Of a stretch of DNA of 64,000 nucleotides, positions 47,158 through 55,880 are shown piece by piece. The notes under the pieces are model-generated. The model was not told the origin of the DNA. It did not search any database and was given only the letters and a program-made list of their open reading frames with translations. Positions within the stretch are counted from its first letter, which is position 1. The number at the start of each line of letters is the position of its first letter. This DNA comes from an uncultured Candidatus Saccharibacteria bacterium (GTDB taxonomy: Bacteria; Patescibacteriota; Minisyncoccia; Phycocordibacterales; PALSA-1337). The stretch covers positions 7,375 through 71,374 of the forward strand of contig CAZBLC010000002.1 in assembly GCA_964492835.1 (NCBI GenBank), read 5' to 3'. A program made the position numbers and the translations under genes.

Positions 47158-47835
47158 CTATAGACTATCATAATACTTAATAATTTGCTTCTGTAGTATT
47201 AACATGGTCTTTAGTGCTTCTACCTTGGTAATATCCATTCTGATACTTCCAATATAGCTACTATCCCTAATTGAATACTCTGGGGCTGGTGAGTATATTG
47301 TTTTTCTTAAATTATCCTTAGGTATTCCCAATATCCCAGACCAATAACTCTCGTTCTTCCCTATCTCCGAATACAAACCTCTCATATATAAACGATATGT
47401 CATGCTATTTGAGTATTGTGGCAGATACTTAATGATCCACCTCCGCATAATTGAGACCATGTTCGGATCTGAATTGGTAAATGAGAAATAGTTACCGCCC
47501 CTACTCCCCTCCGCCCAATATAATAGTATGCCAGTTGAGAAAAAAGGATCTTTAATGTTATCTCTAAACAAAACTTCTGTATTTGAAGAGATTTCCATAT
47601 CCTTAAATGCGCTTTTTGTCTTCAAAGCTAATATTCTACCCTTTCTGGATTTAACTCTGCCCTCTTTTACTCTCCTCTTTATCTCCAATCTTTGCTCTTT
47701 TGAAATGGAGATATCCTTGAGCCATAGAGAAAGTACTCCTTTGGATACTGGGACTTCATTCAATATCTCTGAATACGACTTACCAGACTTCCTTAGATCT
47801 ATAGCCATATTCTTTAGTTGAACATTTATAGTCAT
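47158..47835 (-). CDS. HTH + LAGLIDADG-like putative homing-endonuclease-family protein (copy A)
   Basis: 225 aa. N-terminal HTH (…IDLRKSGKSYSEILNEVPVSKGVLSLWL…). …FFSTGILLYWAEGSRGGNYFSFTNSDPNMVSIMRRWI… has LAGLIDADG-like helix and hairpin architecture. Collinear similarity to copy B throughout. Stop lies 6 nt from the tRNA-Arg 5' end. Confidence 0.45.
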   Translation of the reverse strand: MTINVQLKNMAIDLRKSGKSYSEILNEVPVSKGVLSLWLKDISISKEQRLEIKRRVKEGRVKSRKGRILALKTKSAFKDMEISSNTEVLFRDNIKDPFFSTGILLYWAEGSRGGNYFSFTNSDPNMVSIMRRWIIKYLPQYSNSMTYRLYMRGLYSEIGKNESYWSGILGIPKDNLRKTIYSPAPEYSIRDSSYIGSIRMDITKVEALKTMLILQKQIIKYYDSL

Positions 47836-47899
47836 GTTACATAACAGTATATCACATGTTCAATAATGAAAAAAAGTATATTTGTGCTAGTATATACAC

Positions 47900-49378
47900 A
47901 TGAAGCAAAACGCAATACCTAATGAAGTAGTCGGTGTAGTAGAGACTCTGGAGAAGGCAGGGTTTGAAGCTTTTCTAGTTGGTGGATGTACTAGGGATAT
48001 ATTACTAGGGAGAACACCTAAGGATTGGGATGTTACGACTAATGCCACACCAGAACAGATAATTCCGCTATTCACCAAGACCTTCTACGAAAACTCATAC
48101 GGAACTGTTGGGGTAGTTAATGAACAAACAGAAAATGAGTCATTAAAGATTGTGGAAGTCACTCCATATCGTCTTGAAAGCTCATATAATGACCACAGAC
48201 ACCCAGATCAGGTTAGTTTCAGCAAAAGTATTGCTGACGATTTAAAACGTCGTGATTTCACGATTAACGCCATTGCGATCAGTTTGTCTAATGGAGCAAT
48301 AAAAGACATTGTAGATATGTTTGATGGTATCAAGGATATAAAAGACAAAACCATAAGAGCGGTGGGGGATGCAAACGACAGATTCTCTGAGGATGCACTA
48401 CGTATGATGAGAGCTGTTAGATTAGCCACAGAATTAGGTTTCATGATTAACAATGATACCCAAAAGGCTATAGTTAGCCATTCTGATCTCATAAAGAAGA
48501 TATCGATAGAACGCGTAAGAGACGAGTTCGTTAGAATACTTATGTCCAATAACCCTAAGAAGGGAATTGAGATGCTAGATGAACTTAATCTTCTAGGACA
48601 TATAGTTCCAGAGCTTGTACAAGCTAAGGACGTTAAACAGAACCAAGCGCACGCCTATGATGTATGGGAACACCTTCTAAGAACGTTGCAGCATTCTGCT
48701 GATAAGGAGTGGCCACTAGATATTAGACTCTCAGCTCTATTCCACGACATATCTAAACCAGAGACAAAGAGATTTTCACATGAAACCAATCAAATAACAT
48801 TCTATGGACATGAAGTAGTTGGTTCACGTGTAACAAAGAAGATACTAGAGAGAATGAAGTTTCCGACAAAAACCATAGAGAAGGTGGTTAAAATGGTACG
48901 TTGGCACATGTTTTTCTCAGATACTGAGACAATTACACTGTCTGCAGTAAGGAGAATGATTAACAATGTAGGTAGGGAGAACATATGGGACCTGATGAAT
49001 ATACGTATATGCGACAGAATCGGTACAGGAAGACCTAAAGAGAATCCATACAGACTACGTAAGTACAAAGCTATGATAGAGGAGGCAATGGTAGATCCTG
49101 TATCTGTTGCCATGCTAAAGACAGATGGTAAACGCATTATGGAGGTTACACATGTAACACCAGGACCTAAGATAGGGTATACACTTAATGCCTTACTAGA
49201 GGAAGTTCTAGAGGATCCTAAGCTAAATACTACGGAATACCTAGATAAGAGGGCAATAGAGCTAGTATCACTACCGGACAAAGAACTTGAAATACTAGGT
49301 AAGCAAGGACAGAGTAAGAAAGAGGAAGTTGAGAATGAGAATCTAGAGGAAATAAGGAAGAAATACCACGTTTCATAA
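47900..49378 (+). CDS. cca: CCA-adding enzyme / tRNA nucleotidyltransferase with HD domain
   Basis: 492 aa. …FLVGGCTRDILLGRTPKDWDVTT… head domain. …RRDFTINAIA…. HD motif …LSALFHDISKPET…. Confidence 0.85.
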   Translation: MKQNAIPNEVVGVVETLEKAGFEAFLVGGCTRDILLGRTPKDWDVTTNATPEQIIPLFTKTFYENSYGTVGVVNEQTENESLKIVEVTPYRLESSYNDHRHPDQVSFSKSIADDLKRRDFTINAIAISLSNGAIKDIVDMFDGIKDIKDKTIRAVGDANDRFSEDALRMMRAVRLATELGFMINNDTQKAIVSHSDLIKKISIERVRDEFVRILMSNNPKKGIEMLDELNLLGHIVPELVQAKDVKQNQAHAYDVWEHLLRTLQHSADKEWPLDIRLSALFHDISKPETKRFSHETNQITFYGHEVVGSRVTKKILERMKFPTKTIEKVVKMVRWHMFFSDTETITLSAVRRMINNVGRENIWDLMNIRICDRIGTGRPKENPYRLRKYKAMIEEAMVDPVSVAMLKTDGKRIMEVTHVTPGPKIGYTLNALLEEVLEDPKLNTTEYLDKRAIELVSLPDKELEILGKQGQSKKEEVENENLEEIRKKYHVS

Positions 49379-49910
49379 GTAACATTTCATGTGTAACACA
49401 ATAAAATGGCTCTGTTGAGCCATTTGTGTTTTTTATATACAAAAACAGCCGTGTTTACCTGTACGATAATCTCGAGGTTAGACGATTGAGACCATTCTAC
49501 AAATAACTAACGGCTGTTACTCACGACTACGAACACAGAAGTTCATAAATAGCGAAGGAGTCATGCTGGATCCACAGATCACAGGGGACTCGCGAAATTG
49601 ACCACATACCACCTAATGGGAGGTTTTGCATATAACTTCTAATAAATTTAATGATTGGGAAGTTATGCAGTGCCTCAACAGAAGCTAAATATGGGTTACC
49701 TCTCTTCATAATTGAACTTCAAAAAAAGAGCTTGTTACTACCCATCCACACATAATTGTACAAAGAGCTATCGAACGAACTGATCCTCGGTTAAAAGTTC
49801 TTCGGATCTGGGATTATTATAGCAAGCATAAAAGACATGTAAAGGACATACAAATAAAATATGTGGATAACTTTTGTCCTTTATAAAAGACAGTAAAATA
49901 TATTTGTCTT

Positions 49911-50708
49911 TTATTTTAAAATCAACTCTATTGGACAGTGATCAGATCCCAAAATAGCGTTGAGAATATTGGCTTTTTTAACTTTTTCTAAAATACCTGG
50001 GCTTATGAAAAAATAATCAATTCTCCAACCAACATTTCTTTCTCTTGCAAAAGTTTTCATATCCCAATATGTATATGCACCAATTTTATTTGGATTTTGT
50101 TGTCTAAAAATATCTATATATCCAGAATTAATTACTTGATCTATCCACTCTCTTTCTTGTGGAAGAAAACCGGTATTTTCTTCGTTGGCTTTTGGTCGAG
50201 CTAAATCAATTTCAGTATGTGCAGTGTTTACATCGCCACAGAAAATTACTTCGTAACCTTGTTTTCTCTTTAAGTTAATATATTTCAAGAACTCATCGTA
50301 GAATCTCATCTTGAAGTCTAATCTATCTGGACCACTACCTCCGTTAGGGAAGTATGAGGTTATTAATACGAACTTTTTACCTATAATCCCAGTATCTTCG
50401 TAGAATAGGGCCAGGAATCGTCCTTCTTTGTCTAAATCCTCTGAACCAAGGGTATTAAATCCATAATCTACTGAATCTGCTTCGTATTTTGCGTATATAG
50501 CCACTCCACTATATCCCTTTTTCATCTTAGAATGGTCGAAATATGAGTAATATCCCTTGGGATTACGTATTTCCTCCTCTAATTGATCTGGGTGGGCCTT
50601 AGTCTCCTGTAGACAGAAGAAGTCTGGAGATTGCTCAATTAACCAGTCAAATCCTCCTTTTTTAGCATTAGCACGTAAACCATTAACATTCCAGCAGATG
50701 ATGTTCAT
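49911..50708 (-). CDS. xth: exodeoxyribonuclease III (AP endonuclease)
   Basis: 265 aa. MNIICWNVNGLRA…FFCLQETK…, …GDVNTAHTEIDL…, …WRIDYFF.S… and C-terminal SDHCP. Confidence 0.85.
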   Translation of the reverse strand: MNIICWNVNGLRANAKKGGFDWLIEQSPDFFCLQETKAHPDQLEEEIRNPKGYYSYFDHSKMKKGYSGVAIYAKYEADSVDYGFNTLGSEDLDKEGRFLALFYEDTGIIGKKFVLITSYFPNGGSGPDRLDFKMRFYDEFLKYINLKRKQGYEVIFCGDVNTAHTEIDLARPKANEENTGFLPQEREWIDQVINSGYIDIFRQQNPNKIGAYTYWDMKTFARERNVGWRIDYFFISPGILEKVKKANILNAILGSDHCPIELILK

Positions 50709-50727
50709 GGCACTATGATATCAGATT

Positions 50728-51684
50728 TTACTCACTCTTCCTATGGAATTTCTTATGTATCTTCTTTAATTCAGTATCAGTAACATGTGTATATATCTGA
50801 GTAGTATTTATATTTGCATGTCCTAATAGCATCTGTACTGAGCGTAGATCAGCTCCATTACGTAATAAGTCAGTAGCAAAGCTATGCCTAATCACGTGAG
50901 GTGTGACTTTCTTAGAAATACCAGAGTTAATAGCATATTGCTTTATAATCCTCTCTACAGACCTTGAAGTAATCCTTAATGAATCCTTGTTTTTAGCCAA
51001 TTTCTCTCCCTCCTTGATCTGAATGAATAGGGCATCGTCCATATCATCCCTCTTATCAAGCCATTTCTGTACAGCAATACGCGCATCGTCAGAGATAAAC
51101 ACAACTCTAACCTTTTCTCCCTTACCACGTATAGACATTTCATCAAGTTTTAAGTTGATATCCCTTGGAAGTGAACATAGTTCTGAAACACGCAGTCCTG
51201 TAGAGAAAAGTAGCTCAAGCATTGCCTTGTCACGCAATCCTCTCAGAGTAGAAGTATCTGGAGCCTTCATTATAAGATTAAGTTCCTCTATCGTAATCAA
51301 ATCTAGTGATCTTTCTGGTACTTTAGCCAACTCGATGCGGTCTGGTGATAGGGAAGTGATGTTTTGTCTAGCCAAATACTTCAAGAAAGCACGTATAGCA
51401 ATTAAATAGTAATTCTGTGTCTTCTTCTTGAGAGTAGTTAATGCTTTTCCTTTTTCACTCTTAGTTTCTTGTCTGTTTAGCCATATACGGAAGTCTCGAA
51501 CAACTGAATCAGTAATATCCTTAGGGTCCTTTAGCTTAGTATAGTCTAGGAAACGGCTCAGATACTGGTCATAGTTACGCACTGTATTTAGACTTCTTCC
51601 TTTCTCTATCTCTACATACTGTAAAAACTCAGTTTTTAGGGATAATAGATTTTGCGACATGGTTAAAGTATACAGTATATTCAA
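50728..51684 (-). CDS. xerC: tyrosine recombinase XerC/XerD-like
   Basis: 318 aa. N-terminal SAM-like core-binding domain. C-terminal catalytic domain with R…K…HxxR…LLGHANINTTQIYTHV. Confidence 0.75.
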   Translation of the reverse strand: MNILYTLTMSQNLLSLKTEFLQYVEIEKGRSLNTVRNYDQYLSRFLDYTKLKDPKDITDSVVRDFRIWLNRQETKSEKGKALTTLKKKTQNYYLIAIRAFLKYLARQNITSLSPDRIELAKVPERSLDLITIEELNLIMKAPDTSTLRGLRDKAMLELLFSTGLRVSELCSLPRDINLKLDEMSIRGKGEKVRVVFISDDARIAVQKWLDKRDDMDDALFIQIKEGEKLAKNKDSLRITSRSVERIIKQYAINSGISKKVTPHVIRHSFATDLLRNGADLRSVQMLLGHANINTTQIYTHVTDTELKKIHKKFHRKSE

Positions 51685-51729
51685 TGTTTACATTTACTTG
51701 ACAAAAAAACTAGGTATGGTAGGATATAC

Positions 51730-52065
51730 CCAGTTGATCTTCGAATGTTTGGTTGTTGCCAACAGGATCAAGCTTGCAGTAATGCAAGTTGAGTAACCGG
51801 CTCTATTGAGCCATTGCTTTAAAGGCGCCCATGACCAATGGACCTCCTCGGGGTAACAATTGTTATCCCCGTCGGCTTAAAATGATCTGAGTTCTGCGCC
51901 GGCGTCATAGCCTGCACTGGTAAATCCACAACCGATATGAAGAAAAATTGTCAATGCGGCTTCCAAAGGGTGCCGCTCAAATAAATAACCCTCAACCGTC
52001 AGGTCAGAGCTCGCAAGAGTTATATGACCACGTCACCCCGTCTAACAAACGGGGTCGATTTTTTA
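51730..52065 (+). ncRNA. candidate structured ncRNA (identity unresolved), bounded by promoter and terminator
   Basis: A 340-nt ORF-free segment with GC near 48% against a one-third-GC background. Upstream has TTGACA (51698-51703) plus an A/T-rich -10-like element. Internal GNRA-capped helices (cttgcaGTAAtgcaag, gagcucGCAAgag), helix ggggtaacaa/ttgttatcccc, and pseudoknot-like aggg…ccct complementarity. Ends in hairpin ccccgtctaacaaacgggg plus T-run at 52036-52064. Confidence 0.35.
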
Positions 52066-52119
52066 TAACACCCTCCACTCTTGCTCTTTAAACCCATTTG
52101 TGCTACTATGGTCCACATC

Positions 52120-52389
52120 ATGTTAACAACACGACAGAAGACAAATATCATAAAGAGTGTAGCAATACACGACAAGGACACTGGTTCTCCAGAAGTTCAA
52201 ATTTCTATACTTACAAAAAGAATCGACGAACTAGCAGGACATCTAAAGAAGCACAAGAAGGACAATCACTCAAGAAGAGGACTTCTAGCTATGGTAGCTG
52301 ATAGACAGTCACACATGAACTATCTAAAGAAGAAGCACCCAAAGCGTCACGCAAGTATTGCAAAGAAGCTAGATATCAAGGCTAAATAG
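52120..52389 (+). CDS. rpsO: 30S ribosomal protein S15
   Basis: The track ORF starts at 52081. Conserved S15 begins MLTTRQK…DTGSPEVQISILTKRIDELAGHLKKHKKDNHSRRGLL.MV..R…YL. Confidence 0.85.
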   Translation: MLTTRQKTNIIKSVAIHDKDTGSPEVQISILTKRIDELAGHLKKHKKDNHSRRGLLAMVADRQSHMNYLKKKHPKRHASIAKKLDIKAK

Positions 52390-52480
52390 TCACACTCTGT
52401 GATATAATATCTCTGTTAGTATATTTTTTAATATGTGTTTTAGTGTGTAATTTTAATAATTTAGTTAGTTAATTTTTTAT

Positions 52481-53104
52481 ATGTCAGTAATCAAACATAA
52501 AGAGCAGCGTGTAGGTGTATTTATAGATACACAAAATATTTATCATAGTGCAAAGAATCTATATCACTCAAAAGTAAATTTCGGTAATATCGTAAAAGAT
52601 GCAGTAGGAGAGAGATCTCTGATACGTGCAGTCGCTTATGTTATAACCACAGAAGCAGGGGATGAGAAGGCATTCTTTGAAGCATTAACAAAGATGGGTA
52701 TCGAAACAAAGACAAAAGATCTACAAATATTCGGTAGTGGAGCAAAAAAAGCAGATTGGGACGTAGGGCTTGCAATAGATGCAGTAAAACTAGCACCAAA
52801 GCTTGATGCTGTAATACTTCTAACAGGGGACGGGGACTTTGCACCACTAGTAGAGTACCTACAAGTAAACGAAGGTTGTCAGGTAGAGGTTGTATCATTC
52901 GGCAAATCAACATCAACAAAGCTAAGAGAAGTAGTAGATGACTTCTTTGATCTAGATGAAAATCCACAGAAGTATCTAATAGGGCACAGAAATGGATTTC
53001 AAAACAAAGGGAGAGGTAAAATGAATTTTGGAAAGAGAAGAGGACCTAAAGATGCAACACTAGGAACAGTTGCAGATGATATTGCAGACTTGTCAGGACA
53101 ATAA
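52481..53104 (+). CDS. NYN-domain (LabA-like, PIN-related) protein with Gly/Arg-rich C-terminal tail
   Basis: 207 aa. …VGVFIDTQNIY… and …ILLTGDGDFAPLVEYLQ… are typical of the NYN/LabA domain. The tail is NGFQNKGRGKMNFGKRRGPK. Confidence 0.65.
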   Translation: MSVIKHKEQRVGVFIDTQNIYHSAKNLYHSKVNFGNIVKDAVGERSLIRAVAYVITTEAGDEKAFFEALTKMGIETKTKDLQIFGSGAKKADWDVGLAIDAVKLAPKLDAVILLTGDGDFAPLVEYLQVNEGCQVEVVSFGKSTSTKLREVVDDFFDLDENPQKYLIGHRNGFQNKGRGKMNFGKRRGPKDATLGTVADDIADLSGQ

Positions 53105-53134
53105 TTGTAATTGTGTCGTGCTATAATATTAGAA

Positions 53135-54193
53135 ATGAACGAGGATCAAAAAAAATCTCCAATAGTAACTTCATTTGTGGGTGGGGCTATACCCAAAACA
53201 GAGGATCATCCTCTACATATACTAGATAATCAAGTAGATCCTGAAAAGAAAAATATTGGGCAGAAACCAATCCGCACATATGAAAGTGATGTAGCTGAGG
53301 CTCTTGCAAGAAAGAAGACTTCGGTAATGACAATGGCTGTGGCCGAAGGACAGAGAAGAACAGGTGAGAGTGTCATATCAAACAAACCAACCTCTAATGT
53401 GGGGAGGAAGATACTTCTTGCAATCATTAGTCTAATATTTATAGCATCCGGCGTAATTGGAGGATATTACCTTTACCTAAAGAGCCCATTATCTAAACCT
53501 CAAGTAGTAGCTACGGTGAAGAATGTTCCAAGTATCATACCTCCAGATACACAAAAGATTATTAAGATAGGTTCAGCCAAAAAAGATCAGATATTTAATG
53601 GTCTAACTAACCAATTTAAAACCCTACCAATCAACGAAGGTAAAGTCTCTGAATTTATACTTGCCTACAATGTGGGATCAAGTACCAGTAGGGTAACAGG
53701 ATCAAATTTCATTAATGAAATGGGTTTCAGTATGTCAGACATGCTAAAAAGAGCGATTACAGATAGCTGGATGACTGGTGTGTACTCAAGTAATGGAGAG
53801 AATTTCCCATTCATAATACTAACAACTGATTTCTTCCAAAATAGCTATTCTGGAATGCTTCGTTGGGAACCTAATATGGCAGAGGAGTTGGCTGATATAT
53901 TTGATATTAGAAACAAAGCTATACCACAACAAACAATAGAGGCTGAGGTATCAAGCACAACAGCTAGTACAACTGAGGTCATAAAAACTCCATCATATAC
54001 ATTGTTTAATCTAAGAGGAAGTTTTGAGGACAAGGTAATATCTAATAGGGATGTGAGGGAGTTTACGGCTACAAACGGTAACATGCTATTCCTCTACACA
54101 TTCATAGACAAAGAGAGAATACTCATTACAACATCAGAATCCGTAATACCAGCTATACTTGAGCGTATTGAAAAACAAGCATATGTAAGATAG
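53135..54193 (+). CDS. hypothetical single-pass membrane protein
   Basis: The track ORF starts at 53111. The probable start is MNEDQKK. One TM (ILLAIISLIFIASGVIGGYYLYL) and a large extracytoplasmic domain. Confidence 0.45.
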   Translation: MNEDQKKSPIVTSFVGGAIPKTEDHPLHILDNQVDPEKKNIGQKPIRTYESDVAEALARKKTSVMTMAVAEGQRRTGESVISNKPTSNVGRKILLAIISLIFIASGVIGGYYLYLKSPLSKPQVVATVKNVPSIIPPDTQKIIKIGSAKKDQIFNGLTNQFKTLPINEGKVSEFILAYNVGSSTSRVTGSNFINEMGFSMSDMLKRAITDSWMTGVYSSNGENFPFIILTTDFFQNSYSGMLRWEPNMAEELADIFDIRNKAIPQQTIEAEVSSTTASTTEVIKTPSYTLFNLRGSFEDKVISNRDVREFTATNGNMLFLYTFIDKERILITTSESVIPAILERIEKQAYVR

Positions 54194-54202
54194 AATTAGT
54201 AC

Positions 54203-54559
54203 ATGAACAAGAATGATATACAGCATTTCAAGGAAAAATTACTAAAAGAGAAAGCTTTACTAGAGAGTGAGCTTGAGAGTGTAGGGAAGAAAGATCAAAA
54301 TAGTCCTGATTGGAATGCTACATCTGGTGATATTGAAACAGATAGTGCAGATGAGAACGAAGTTGCAGACAAGTTTGAGGAACTAGCAGAGAATGAAATA
54401 ATTTTAGATAAGCTAGAGCCACAATACAGGGAAGTAAAGGAAGCATTGGATAGAATTGAGAATGGAACTTACGGAGTATGTAAGGTGTCAGGAGAGCCTA
54501 TAGAGAAGGAGAGACTAGAAGCAAATCCTTCAGCACAGACTTGCATGAAGCATATGTAA
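54203..54559 (+). CDS. DksA/TraR-family protein with degenerate zinc finger
   Basis: 118 aa. Coiled-coil N-terminus with acidic tip. C-terminal …NGTYGVCKVSGEPIEKERLEANPSAQTCMKH retains only two of the four canonical Cys. Confidence 0.55.
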   Translation: MNKNDIQHFKEKLLKEKALLESELESVGKKDQNSPDWNATSGDIETDSADENEVADKFEELAENEIILDKLEPQYREVKEALDRIENGTYGVCKVSGEPIEKERLEANPSAQTCMKHM

Positions 54560-54566
54560 TACAAAA

Positions 54567-54589
54567 AAGACCTCATTGAGGTCTTTTTT
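54567..54589. terminator. bidirectional rho-independent terminator
   Basis: aagacctcattgaggtctt hairpin flanked by A6 and T6. Sits between convergent genes. Confidence 0.75.
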
Positions 54590-54598
54590 GTATGTATC

Positions 54599-55696
54599 TT
54601 AGAATGGATTCTTCGCCCCTCTTATCTCAAAGTGTACGTGTGGACCAGTTGTCTTACCAGTCATACCTACCTTTGCAATCATTTCTCCTTGCTCTACAGT
54701 ATCTCCAACCTTAACAAAGTTCTTCTGTGTATGGGCATATAGAGTCTGACTACCATTATCATGAGAGATAACAACATAGTTTCCGTAACCTCCATTCCAT
54801 CCACCATTTGAAATACTAGAGATAACAACTCCATCAGCAGATGCACGGATTATACTTCCAACCGGAGCCGCGAAATCTATACCGTTATATCCGTGTAGAC
54901 CTTGTGACTTGATAGCGCCACTTACTGGTCTTACATAATATCCTGGATAGAAAGGGCCATCTGTATCATGAGCTTTGTTTGTTGTACCTCTAGACTGAGC
55001 GATCTTAGAAACAGCTACAGCAGTAGGTTCTGCATCTGGAATAATAATCACACTACCAACAGATAGGGTAGAAGATATGGTTAGATCGTTATAATCAAGA
55101 ACTTCCTCTAGGTTACTCTTGTATCTAAGTACAATACCCTTGATTGTATCTCCTTTTTTAACTGTATACTTAACACCTGATATAGGCAGGATAACTAGGT
55201 TCTGTCCCTCCTTTATAGAAGGATTCTTACCAAGCTCGTTCGCCCAGATGATAGTATTAACTGAAACGTCGAACATTTGAGCTATTTGGGACAGGGTATC
55301 ACCACTTCTTACAGTATATAGACTAATCTCTCCTGAAACCCTACTTTCTACATCAGATACAGTACCCTGAGGACCTATTTCAGCTGAAATAGCATTGTTA
55401 TATGCCAAAATATTACCCTCGTCATTCTTAAATGGTGTAGGATCTGAATTAACCGCCGCCTCTAGAAGGAGCATATTCTGAGAATTTACATCACTTGTAG
55501 TCTCATTAGACTTAGCTGAAGCCTTGTCACTACCCATATCACCGAAGATAGAAAACAAGCCTGCATTAGCAGACTTTGGGTAAAAACCGTATGAAAATAT
55601 GAATACTGAAACGATAGACAGTGCAATAGCCTTTTTTGCAAAAGGTATTGTTTTGGCCATTGATTTAATTGTTACTGAATTAGATAAATATTGCAT
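54599..55696 (-). CDS. LysM-domain M23 family peptidase (cell-wall endopeptidase)
   Basis: 365 aa. Signal/TM. Two LysM repeats (YTVRSGDTLSQIAQMF…, YTVKKGDTIKGIVLRY…). M23 core …GIDFAAPVGS.I.A.ADGVV…HTQK…VGMTG.TTGPHVHFEIR. Confidence 0.85.
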   Translation of the reverse strand: MQYLSNSVTIKSMAKTIPFAKKAIALSIVSVFIFSYGFYPKSANAGLFSIFGDMGSDKASAKSNETTSDVNSQNMLLLEAAVNSDPTPFKNDEGNILAYNNAISAEIGPQGTVSDVESRVSGEISLYTVRSGDTLSQIAQMFDVSVNTIIWANELGKNPSIKEGQNLVILPISGVKYTVKKGDTIKGIVLRYKSNLEEVLDYNDLTISSTLSVGSVIIIPDAEPTAVAVSKIAQSRGTTNKAHDTDGPFYPGYYVRPVSGAIKSQGLHGYNGIDFAAPVGSIIRASADGVVISSISNGGWNGGYGNYVVISHDNGSQTLYAHTQKNFVKVGDTVEQGEMIAKVGMTGKTTGPHVHFEIRGAKNPF

Positions 55697-55880
55697 AATA
55701 TAAATAGTCGTTCGGCAAGGTCTGTATGGCGTCTATACAACGCATCTGTAGCTTCAGAATTTTCAGTAGATGGCTTTGTTGAGCCATTTTTATACCTCTA
55801 TCCATAAGGTATCTATTTAGCCTACGCTAGGTGAATTTTAAAGTCAACAGGGGGTGTGAATATGTGATATAGTAGTATTT

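Noticed and set aside
49380-49910. tmRNA or RNase P RNA assignment for the cca-xth spacer
   Set aside because: I found no tRNA-like 3' end (GGUUCGAnUCC…CCA) and no P4-type motifs (GGAAAGUCCGGGCUCC / ACAGAAnCCGGCUUA) on either strand. I kept it only as an unassigned candidate.
52641-52967. 108-aa minus-strand ORF (LLLLLALLML…) inside the NYN gene
   Set aside because: It is a Leu-rich antisense artefact of a well-supported plus-strand gene.
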